Positions 10,965 to 20,000 of a DNA stretch of 20,000 nucleotides are shown in pieces. The DNA is taken from contig NC_057758.1 in NCBI RefSeq assembly GCF_004010195.1, positions 3,883,414 to 3,903,413 on the forward strand, given 5' to 3'. This stretch comes from Chiloscyllium plagiosum. Taxonomy: Eukaryota. Within the stretch, counting starts at the first letter, position 1; each line of letters begins with the position of its first letter. The notes below the pieces were generated by a model. The model had not been told where the DNA came from, made no database searches, and saw nothing but the letters and a program-made list of their open reading frames with translations. Made by a program: the position numbers and the translations under genes.

Positions 10965-12160
10965 TTTGCCAAACCCTTTACTACAATCAAATAAATAACA
11001 CCTGCCATCATCAGTATTTTTGTTAACTTTTTCAAAATCCTCAATTAGGTTTCTTCGCCTCACACAAGACTATGCTGACCATCTGTAATCAATGTTTGCC
11101 TCTCTAATGGTCCATGAATCGTTCCTTTGATAATCACTTCGAACAATTTAACCACAACTGAATCCAGACTTGCAGGTTGATAGTTTCTTGGTGTCTCCTT
11201 ATAAACGTTCTTATTTGAAGATACAATATCAGCCACCCTGCAGTCATCCGGTACCCCATCCCTACTAACGCATGCTACAAATAGTTCTACCAGGGATCTC
11301 GCAATTTCCTTCTTTACTTCCCAGTAGTGTAGTTCCCGGAGATTTGCCAACTGTGTATTCTCCATGAACTTCCTCTTCTGTCATGCGAACTGTATTAGAA
11401 CATTCAAGTATCTCTATGCATTCCCTGCCGTCGATTTCTTTCTCTTCGTTCAAAACCGTCACAAAATAGCCAATTGGGTTCTATCCCATCTCCTCACGTT
11501 CAAAACTAGGACGACCTCCTTGGACACTAAGAGGCCCCACTCTGTCTGTGGTTACTTATTTCGTCTTACTGTACGTGTGGAGTCTCTTTGTTTTCCTTAA
11601 ACTTACCTGCCAATACAATCTCATGTAATTTCTTTGCATTCCTGATTCCTCTCTTAAGAAAGTCCATCCACTCTTCATTTTGATTAAGACATTCAATTGA
11701 AAAAAAATTGTCTATATCTAAAATAACATTGTCTTTTATTCTTGAAAAGAACATCAACATGTTCGTTCATTCAATGCTTCTTAAACTCACCCGTCTTACC
11801 CTTCACTCTGACAGGAACATAATATCTCTGAACTCTCGTCAGCAGTGTTGAAAGCTTTCCATTTATCAGACATCTTTTTTTAACCCATAAACGGTCTCCT
11901 GCAATGAGCTTTTGAAAAGTTATTGTCTCATACCATTAACATTTGTGTTACTCTAATTAACAGATTTGTCTATCATGGAAGGCTTAACCTTTTCCGTAAC
12001 ACTTTGAAACTAATAGACTTATGGCCACTAGCCCCAAAGTATTCCGGTACTTTTATATTCGTGACCTGCCCTGATTTATTGGACAAACGAAGCTGCAGTT
12101 TTCCTCCTTCTCTAGTAGCGGCACATTGAAAAACAATTATCTTTAATGCTTTTCACATGA
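10965..12160 (-). mobile_element. Old CR1-clade LINE fragment (end of endonuclease to early RT)
   Basis: Minus-strand peptides GQVTNIKVPEYFGASGHKSISFK (~12000-12070) and VPDDCRVADIV...PRNYQPASLDSVVVKLFEVIIK...GQH (11060-11365). Breaks off at a decayed SKAFDK motif at 10965. Confidence 0.9.
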
Positions 12161-12567
12161 TAAATGAAACAGCGCCACGTATTGAAATCGATTGGGATCC
12201 ACAATAAAGGAGAAACAACAGCACCAGAAGCGATGAAAGTCTAAAAAGTAACAGGAACCGTGCTAAATCTCCAAATGTTTTTCGTGAAACGTCAAAAGTA
12301 GTCAACAATGTCACTTGTCAAATTCAAGTTCTCCTCCTGGAGCCTACTCCTGGAAAGAAATCATTGAAGTCAGAGAAAAAGTCTCACAGTTGACCACATC
12401 CCTGAGGAGTGAGTATTATCACCTTGTTTTTGTCGCTGCATGGTGACATCACACATAGTAAAACGGAGCATTTACGTCTGTACAAACCTCACATAATCTT
12501 CACATTGTGAAGCACGGCATGGTCTCTTCAAGGTGGCACATTGATTCATTCATCTGAATGGTTCAGT

Positions 12568-12917
12568 GGGCGGCACGGTGGCACAGAGGTTAGCACTGCT
12601 GCCTCACAGCGCCAGAGACCCGGGTTCAATTCCCGCCTCTGTGTGGAGTTTGCACATTCTCCCCGTGTCTGCGTGGGTTTCCTCCGGGTGCTCCGGTTTC
12701 CTCCCACAGTCCAAAAATGTGCAGGTAATGTGAATTGACCATGCTAAATTGTCCGTAGTGTTAGGTGTTAGGGGTTAGGGTTAAGTGTAGGAGTATGGGT
12801 CTGGGTGGTATACGCTTCGGCGGATCGGTGTGGACTTGTTGGGCCGAAGGGCTGTTTCCACACTGTAAGTAATCTAATCTAATCTAATCTAATCTAATCT
12901 AATCTAATCTAATCTAA
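12568..12917 (+). mobile_element. HE1-type V-SINE (tRNA-derived), full length
   Basis: Head GGGCGGCACGGTGGCACAGAGGTTAGCACTGCTGCCTCACAGCGCCAG, B-box GGTTCAATTCC, V-domain TGTGTGGAGTTTGCACATTCTCCCCGTGTCTGCGTGGGTTTCCTCCGGGTGCTCCGGTTTCCTCCCACA, a CR1-like 3' end and a tandem tail. Confidence 0.95.
12871..12915 (+). repeat. (AATCT)9 tail of the SINE
   Basis: Nine perfect pentamer units. Confidence 0.97.
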
Positions 12918-15649
12918 ACTGAAGTGTTTGCATTTGAGGGAAGAACCGGAGCTGAAGTGATTGTGTACAGAGCTGTAAGAACAAATGATGTGGTTCGGTC
13001 AGGTAGATATGAACAAGATGTTCCAACCATCTGTCAGAAAATGATACAAATTTAAGATTTCATGGTAAATTGACCGGGAAGGTGTGATGGTGAAATTATG
13101 AACAGTGCATGGTAATGCGTTAGATGTCAACACTTTCTCTGAAAGACCAATAATATCCAGTATCTGATGAATCCACCGATTGCGTCAAATTCATCTTTAA
13201 TGTTTGTTCAGAGATTCCTGTCCGTGAAACCATTTCATATATTCTGGAAAAGAAGTTTAGAGAAGACACTCTCTGTTAAGGTTTGAACTCAGACAATTTA
13301 TTCGTTTTGCTTGAATTTTCTGTGTGCATGTGCGCCCTTCAAACCCCAGCGAAAGAAATTTCAATAACCTGTCCTTATCAGTCCAAGATAGCAAAAAGGA
13401 ATATCAGAGTGTAAATGATAACATTATTTCTATGTTCATCAACGTTACCATTTCAACGGAATTTCTCCAGAATATTAATTTAACCTTCGAAAATTATAAT
13501 GGTACTTTACTTCTGGCTCAGGATACACGTGTGGCCCCTGCTGTACGCTGCTGCTCAATTTGATTGGCAGCCTATCGATTCAATGGTGACATTGAAAAAG
13601 CACCGTGAACAATTGCCCTGGGTCTTCATGGGACTCACCAGAGCAAAAAAAATGGGAAATAGTCGGCAGGTTAACTCATGAGATAATCGGATCTGAAAGA
13701 CAGAATCTGCTTCATTTTCTTTCCATGTCTGCTGACGCACTGCCTCATCAATTAAGACACGAGCTGTGAAAGGTTAATGCAACTTCAGGCGCAACTCGGC
13801 TCCTTTATGAATAAATTGCAGCACGCTCAGCCCAGTCCTACCAAATAATGCTTCTGATAAAGTTGACATACACACATGACCCTCCACCACTGTCACCCAC
13901 ACATTTAATTGCCTCCGATAAAGATGGTTGGCAGAGGAGCCTGGAGCCTTCATCCCATTTGGTGCAAACAGAGGCCATGCACAAGAATGTCATGAAATCT
14001 TCCCATATACCGGCTGGATCTACTGCACTAAGGACAAAAAGAACAAAGAAAATTTCAGCAAAGGAACAGGCCTTCTCGCCCTCTCAGCCTCAGCTTATCC
14101 AAATGCTATATGTACGTATGACGCCTATTTTCTGGGTGTCTGTTCCCTTTACTCCCTGCCGATTCATGTATCTGTCTAGATACATCTGAAACGCAACTAT
14201 CGTGTTCGACGCTACAACCTCTACTGTCAACGCGTTCCAGGCACCCACAACTCTCTTTCTAAAAGAATCTCCTGACATATCTCCTCCGAACATTTATTCT
14301 CTCACATTGATCTCATCACCCCTAGTAATTAATTCCCCAATTCTGTGAAAAAAGCACTCTTGTTATCTACCCTGTTTATACCTCTCATGAATTTGTAGAC
14401 CTCAATTAAGTCCCCTCCAAACTCTGTCTTTCTCATGCAAATAATCTTAACCTATTCAACCTCAATTCATCGCTAGCGCCCTCTATACCAGGCAACAGCC
14501 TGTTGAACATCATCTGCACCCTCTCCAAAACATCCACATCCTTTTGTTAACGTGGAGACCAGAACTGTATTGATCATTCCGTATATGGCCAAACCAAAGT
14601 ACTATACAACTCTAATATGGCCTGCCATCTCTTGGACAAAATAAACTGTCCGATGAAGGAAAGCATGCTTGACTCGTCTATCCAATATCATTACAACATT
14701 CAGGGAACAAAGGAGCTGAACACATAGATCTCTCTGTTGCATCTGTTTACCCCAGGAGATTTCCATTCAATGTATCGTTCGCTCTTCAATTGGAGCTTGC
14801 AAATTGCGTCAGCTCGCATATGCCCAGATTGAACTCCATCTGCCATTTCTCTGCCCAATTCTCCACTCTATCGGTATTGTGCTCTGTACTCTGACAGTTC
14901 ACTTCACTCTCTGCTTCTCCGCCTGCAAATTCCATCTGCTCCTCCACCTGGTATCATCTTAAAACTTGCTAATCTAAGCACCTGTACCTTCCTCCACATA
15001 ACGCATGTATATGATAAACAATAGTTGCACCAGCACGGATCCTTATGGAACACCACGAGTCAAAGTCCTCTATATTGAGAAACACGTTTTCACTGCTACT
15101 CTCTGTCTCCTATTGCTCTCTCAGCTCTTTATCCATCTAGCTTGTACACCCTGGACCCCATGTGACTTCACTTTCTACATCAGTCTAACATGGGGATCAT
15201 TAACATTCACTTTACTGAAGTCCATATATGTGGCATCTACAACCTCTCCTTCATCAATCAACTTGTCACTTCCTCAGAGAATCAATTAAGTTGATAGGAC
15301 ATGGACATCCCTGCACAACACCATGTCATCTATAATTGATCAGCCCATTATCTTCCAAATGTAAACAGGTCCTGTCACTCATTACCTTCTCCAGCAGCGT
15401 CCCTATCAATGACGTCAGACTCACCAATCTATAACTACTGGCATTAACTTTGCTACCGTTGTTAAACAAGGGGACAGCATTAGCCATTCTTCTGTACTCT
15501 GAGGCCTCACCCCTATTCAAGGACCGGGAAATAACGCTGTTAAGGCTCCACCTACTCCTTCTCTCGCTACCCTGAATAACCTGAGGTATAGAGCTGGAAA
15601 TGTGTTGCTGGAAAAGCGCAGCAGGTCAGGCAGCATCCAGGGAACAGGA

Positions 15650-15690
15650 GAATCGACGTTTCGGGCAGAAGCCCTTCTTCAGGAATGGGG
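15650..15690 (-). ncRNA. Minimal hammerhead ribozyme motif (PLE-type), left arm
   Basis: Minus strand 15682-15655 reads CUGAAGA-A-GGGC-uucu-GCCC-GAA-ACGU-C. Confidence 0.7.
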
Positions 15691-15697
15691 AAAGTTT

Positions 15698-16616
15698 NNN
15701 NNNNNNNNNNNNNNNNNNNNNNNNNNNNNNNNNNNNNNNNNNNNNNNNNNNNNNNNNNNNNNNNNNNNNNNNNNNNNNNNNNNNNNNNNNNNNNNNNNNN
15801 NNNNNNNNNNNNNNNNNNNNNNNNNNNNNNNNNNNNNNNNNNNNNNNNNNNNNNNNNNNNNNNNNNNNNNNNNNNNNNNNNNNNNNNNNNNNNNNNNNNN
15901 NNNNNNNNNNNNNNNNNNNNNNNNNNNNNNNNNNNNNNNNNNNNNNNNNNNNNNNNNNNNNNNNNNNNNNNNNNNNNNNNNNNNNNNNNNNNNNNNNNNN
16001 NNNNNNNNNNNNNNNNNNNNNNNNNNNNNNNNNNNNNNNNNNNNNNNNNNNNNNNNNNNNNNNNNNNNNNNNNNNNNNNNNNNNNNNNNNNNNNNNNNNN
16101 NNNNNNNNNNNNNNNNNNNNNNNNNNNNNNNNNNNNNNNNNNNNNNNNNNNNNNNNNNNNNNNNNNNNNNNNNNNNNNNNNNNNNNNNNNNNNNNNNNNN
16201 NNNNNNNNNNNNNNNNNNNNNNNNNNNNNNNNNNNNNNNNNNNNNNNNNNNNNNNNNNNNNNNNNNNNNNNNNNNNNNNNNNNNNNNNNNNNNNNNNNNN
16301 NNNNNNNNNNNNNNNNNNNNNNNNNNNNNNNNNNNNNNNNNNNNNNNNNNNNNNNNNNNNNNNNNNNNNNNNNNNNNNNNNNNNNNNNNNNNNNNNNNNN
16401 NNNNNNNNNNNNNNNNNNNNNNNNNNNNNNNNNNNNNNNNNNNNNNNNNNNNNNNNNNNNNNNNNNNNNNNNNNNNNNNNNNNNNNNNNNNNNNNNNNNN
16501 NNNNNNNNNNNNNNNNNNNNNNNNNNNNNNNNNNNNNNNNNNNNNNNNNNNNNNNNNNNNNNNNNNNNNNNNNNNNNNNNNNNNNNNNNNNNNNNNNNNN
16601 NNNNNNNNNNNNNNNN
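15698..16616. other. Assembly gap (919 N) between the inverted arms
   Basis: Run of N. Confidence 0.99.
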
Positions 16617-16617
16617 T

Positions 16618-16658
16618 CCCCATTCCTGAAGAAGGGCTTATGCCCGAAACGTCGATTC
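16618..16658 (+). ncRNA. Minimal hammerhead ribozyme motif (PLE-type), right arm
   Basis: 16626-16653 reads CUGAAGA-A-GGGC-uuau-GCCC-GAA-ACGU-C: conserved CUGANGA and GAAA boxes, a 4-bp helix II and a GUC triplet. Confidence 0.72.
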
Positions 16659-18084
16659 TCCTGTTCCCTGGATGCTGCATGACCTGCTGCGCTTTTCCAG
16701 CAACACATTTCCAGCTCTGATCTCCAGCATCTGCAGACCTCACTTTCTCCTAACCTGAGGTATATCCCACCAGAATCTTGGGATTTTGTCACCTTAATGG
16801 ATTTTAGAGTACCTGACACTTCCTTCCTCTTTATTCCAAATTGACCGAGATTAATCAAGCAGCTATATCTCAATTCAACGTCCATCATGTCCCTTTCCCC
16901 GGTGAATATCAAAACAATGTACTCAAGAAGAGTCTCACCTATTTTCCAGGGCTTGGCGGATATATTTCTTCCTGTGCTCTTAAGTGGGCCAATTGTTTCT
17001 CTAGTTACACTCTTGCTCCCAGAATATAGATAAAAGGCTTTTGGATTTTTCTTAAATGCGTTCACGAAAGATATCTCATCACACCTTTTAGCCCCCTTAA
17101 TTCCTTCTTACGCTATGGTCCTATATTCCCGTCTGTCTTCAGTAGCTGAGACCGTTTGTATGCTTCCTTTTTCGTCTTAGATACTCTCACAATTTTAGCT
17201 GTCATCCATGGTTCCTTAATCTTGCCATTTTTAACGCTCATTTTTACAGGAACATGTCTCTCCTCCATTCTAATTACCCTTTCCTTCAAGGCCTCCCACA
17301 TATCAGGTGTGGATTTACCTTCAGAGAGATGCTCCCAAACTAAATTCCCGATCGCATGTCGAATTTTGGGATCATTGGCCTTCCCCCAATTTAATACTCT
17401 TCCTTTACGAAAACGCTTATCTTTGTCCATGAGTATTGTAATACTTATAGAATTGTAATCACTATTTCCAAATTATCCTCGACTAATAAGTCAACCACCT
17501 GACCAGGCTCATTCCTCAATACCAGGTCCAGTATGCCCCCTTCCTGTGTTGGACTATTTACATGTTTCTCTGTTAAAACCTTCCTAGATGCTCCTTACCT
17601 ACTCTGCTCCATCTACACCTCTTGGACTAAATGAATCCAAGTCAATATTGGGAAAATTAAAATCTCCGTTCACCACCATCCTGTTGCTGCGACATCTTCC
17701 CATAATCTGTTTTCATATTTGTACCTCTAAGTCACGTTTGCTGTTGCAAGGACTCAAGCACATCCCCAACATTATGACCGCACTCTTCCTATTTCTGAGA
17801 TCTGACCATATTGCCTCACTTTTCGAGGCGGTAATAGTGTTTTTTTCATCAACCAAATTCCAACAATAACATCAGACTGCCAGGAAATATTCCATGTCCT
17901 AAATTTATCTGCCTTGCCTGCTGCACTTGTTGCATTCAAACAAATGCACTTCAGACCACCAGGTTCTTTGCATACATCATCTCTCCCTGCCTCCTATTCC
18001 ACTTAATATGCTGACTCCATTATCTCCTTTTCACAGACTAAAGTTACTATGTCGTTACACTCCACGAACCTCCTCATTTGGTTC

Positions 18085-19002
18085 CCATCCCCCAACGACG
18101 TTAGCAAAAGCACCCCCAAGGACATTGGTACCAGTCTGGCTTGGTGTAAATCATTCAAATTATAAACTTCCCAACTCGAACGGAGAAGTTTTCGATGTCG
18201 GAAAAATATCAAGCCCTCCCTCCTCACTTCCTCTGCCTTCCCTCAAAACACGCATCCGTCCTGCCGATTCATTAATTTCTACTCGGGCGAATTAATGGCA
18301 CTGTTCGAAATCCTGTGTTTACTCCCTTTGAAATCATATTTTTTGTGAACTTGGCTCTTTTCCAAAAGTTTGCTTCCAGGGCATTATCCCGGTTTTTACC
18401 AATATCATTGGTACTTACGTGCAGCACGACAACTGGCTGTTCACCGCCCTCCCCTTCAGAATGTTCTGCAGCCAAGTTGAGATATTCTGACCCATGCATG
18501 TGGAGGCAATGTACCATCTGGGACTCTCTTTTTCGACCACAGAAATATCTATTCACCTTCCAACCAAACCCCAGTCACTAGAGTCCATCCACTCCCTTTC
18601 GCGCCTTTCTGTACAGAAGAACCAGCAACTTTGCGTCGAAACTGGTTCCTGCTACCTTCCTCTGGTGAGCCATCTCCCCCTGCAGTCTCGTTTCCGATAT
18701 GACTGTTTTGGAGAGAAACGACAGCAGGGAATATCTGCACTCCATTTGTTCTCTTTCTCTGCCTTACGGCCACCCATTCCCCTTCTCCCTCAACAATTCT
18801 AATCTGTGGTGTGACCAGTTCATTAAATGTTCTATCCACGAAACCACGAATGCTCCAAAGTGAGTCCATCTTCAGCTCCAGAGCCATGATGCGGCCGAAC
18901 AAGAGCTCCAGCTAGGCACACCTGCTGCTCGTGAAGTTGTCAGGGACACCAGCTGTATCCCTGAGCTCCCATACTGAGCACGGGTCTGTGGTCTCCTGCA
19001 AT
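18085..19002 (-). pseudogene. CR1 ORF1 relic: N-terminal Cys/zinc-finger and coiled-coil remnant plus SGNH esterase-like domain
   Basis: EQPVVVLHVSTNDIG (equivalent to HVGTND, SGNH block III), RYFCGRKRESQMV and RIMALELKMDSLWSIR...VTPQ. The start codon appears decayed to ATT at 19002-19000. Multiple frameshifts. Confidence 0.85.
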
Positions 19003-19428
19003 TTTTAATCGTAAGTTTAATTTAGTCTTAACTTAGATAAACAAAACAAAAGGAAAGAAACGTTTTTTTTTCACCAATCATACGATTTTAACAAAGAAAT
19101 AGAAAAAAACACTGCCATATCAGCACACCACCGAGTCCTCTTTTTTTGGTTGGGGGTGGAGGACAGATGGGAGGAACTACATGTCCAGTGTCTCGGGTTC
19201 AGCTGCTGCCTAAATCTTTTTATTCACCCACCTTCCGAGAGTGCAATTCGACTATTCAAACTCAGCACCTCGCTCTCACCGCCGTGTCCGCTGTTGCAAA
19301 TGAAGGCTGCTGGGACTAGAGGTAAAGCCCTTATAATTTGGGAAATTTATCATTCCGTCAGCCCCCGATCCTCACTCTCTTTCACTCATGGAAAAATGAA
19401 GTCCGCTGACTCTCACGTTAAGGCAATT

Positions 19429-20000
19429 ATGGTTAGAATCTTTGTAGAGATTCTCTCACTGCACACCCCAGGTCTCTACAAAGATTTCAGTGAGTCCCTC
19501 TCTCACTGTACACCCCAGGTCTTCTCCTCTGCACAGAAGCTCTTCAGCCACATTCTGAAGCAGACTCGTTACCACAGCCATATCTCCTTTCTCAGCACCT
19601 GCCTACGGAACCGACTGATCCCCCATGGACTCCAGATCACCTTCCGACCAACACAATTTGGACCCAACCAGGACTACCAGTACCTGCAACAAATCCGCAG
19701 CCTCCAGCAACGGACCTCCCTCCGGATCCTCCACTCCACGCTTGCAGCCATGCGCCGGTACCTACATTCCCTGCAACTCGACCTACCCCAACTCAGGACA
19801 ACATTCTCACAGACCTGTAAAGGACCTCTACTGTTCTTCATTTACAGAAGAATTCATAGACTGAACAAACAGTTCTTTCTAGCCATATCGGAAATTAAAG
19901 GCAGTAAGTACCAAAAACTTTCATGCACTTACCCCCAAACTCCGGATTCCTCAACCGTTCCAGAAACTTCCATCGGCCTCCAGTCCGGCGCCATTACACA
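19429..20000 (+). CDS. Penelope-like element ORF, N-terminal region; open to the window edge
   Basis: Stop-free frame of 190 codons from ATG 19429: MVRIFVEILSLHTPGLYKDFSESLSHCTPQVFSSAQKLFSHILKQTRYHSHISFLSTCLRNRLIPHGLQITF... It contains the PLE N-terminal motif HxxFLxxCxxxxLIPxGL. Absent from the ORF track, presumably because it has no stop in the window. Confidence 0.85.
   Translation, partial: MVRIFVEILSLHTPGLYKDFSESLSHCTPQVFSSAQKLFSHILKQTRYHSHISFLSTCLRNRLIPHGLQITFRPTQFGPNQDYQYLQQIRSLQQRTSLRILHSTLAAMRRYLHSLQLDLPQLRTTFSQTCKGPLLFFIYRRIHRLNKQFFLAISEIKGSKYQKLSCTYPQTPDSSTVPETSIGLQSGAIT

Larger units (their letters stand above)
15591..16750 (+). mobile_element. Young Penelope-like element insertion with inverted terminal arms, 3' tail and 14-bp TSD (interior lies in the gap)
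   Basis: 15590-15691 is the reverse complement of 16617-16718 with 2 mismatches in 102 nt. Unpaired tail at 16719-16750. TAACCTGAGGTATA is duplicated at 15577-15590 and 16751-16764, and the host CR1 frame GIYLRL/FRVARE rejoins across it. Confidence 0.9.
14032..19418 (-). mobile_element. Near-full-length decayed CR1-clade LINE (5' UTR, ORF1, ORF2, 3' tail), interrupted by a PLE
   Basis: Tail (TTCTTTG)-like at ~14032-14050, RVVGAWNAL (14090-14293), decayed GVPQGSVL near 15030-15055, ANAVPLF...YRLVSLTS (15326-15520), KKNPKAFY (~17040), endonuclease start LKCICLNA (~17930-17955) and ORF1 upstream. The 5' boundary is approximate. Confidence 0.93.

Noticed and set aside
12568..12640. tRNA gene
   Set aside because: The A and B boxes belong to the SINE head and are followed by the V-domain rather than an acceptor stem and terminator.
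12541..12738. 65-aa ORF
   Set aside because: Incidental translation of the SINE body.
12761..12785. TTAGGG-like repeats suggesting an interstitial telomere
   Set aside because: Only a few degenerate units, lying inside the variable region of the SINE.
13165..13243. DEFDAIGG in an alternative minus frame, resembling an AAA ATPase Walker B motif
   Set aside because: The frame has stops just upstream, the hydrophobic strand before DE is missing, and no other ATPase motifs are present.
15600..17065. 314-479 aa ORFs spanning the second gap, with mirrored peptides
   Set aside because: Artefacts of the N run plus the inverted PLE arms and the flanking CR1.
19135..19215. Possible HDV-like ribozyme in the CR1 5' UTR
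   Set aside because: I could not build the nested double pseudoknot by eye; only a weak local stem is present.
19625..19864. 79-aa plus-strand ORF from the track
   Set aside because: An out-of-frame overlap of the longer PLE ORF that starts at 19429.
1..20000. CRISPR array or prokaryotic RT/defence system
   Set aside because: No regularly spaced repeats or operon structure; all RT-like sequence belongs to eukaryotic CR1, Gypsy or PLE retroelements.

Overview
Repeat-dense eukaryotic genomic DNA, most likely from a cartilaginous fish (inferred from an HE1/V-SINE-type SINE, HER1/CR1-type LINEs and shark-type Penelope-like elements). Two assembly gaps are present (7682-8181 and 15698-16616). 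I recognise no intact host protein-coding gene. The window holds five decayed CR1-clade LINE copies, one of them near full length with an esterase-type ORF1, and three tRNA-derived SINEs. It also holds a Gmr1-like Gypsy LTR remnant with an internal inversion, nested between two CR1 copies, and four Penelope-like element (PLE) pieces. One PLE is a young insertion with a 14-bp target-site duplication and ~100-bp inverted arms, each carrying a minimal hammerhead-ribozyme core. Another is an uninterrupted PLE ORF running off the right edge, which the ORF track misses. The short unique stretches carry minus-strand splice-like signals that may belong to an unidentified spliced transcript. Family assignments come from my recognition of motifs, not from database searches. 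I do not see a convincingly new biological system.
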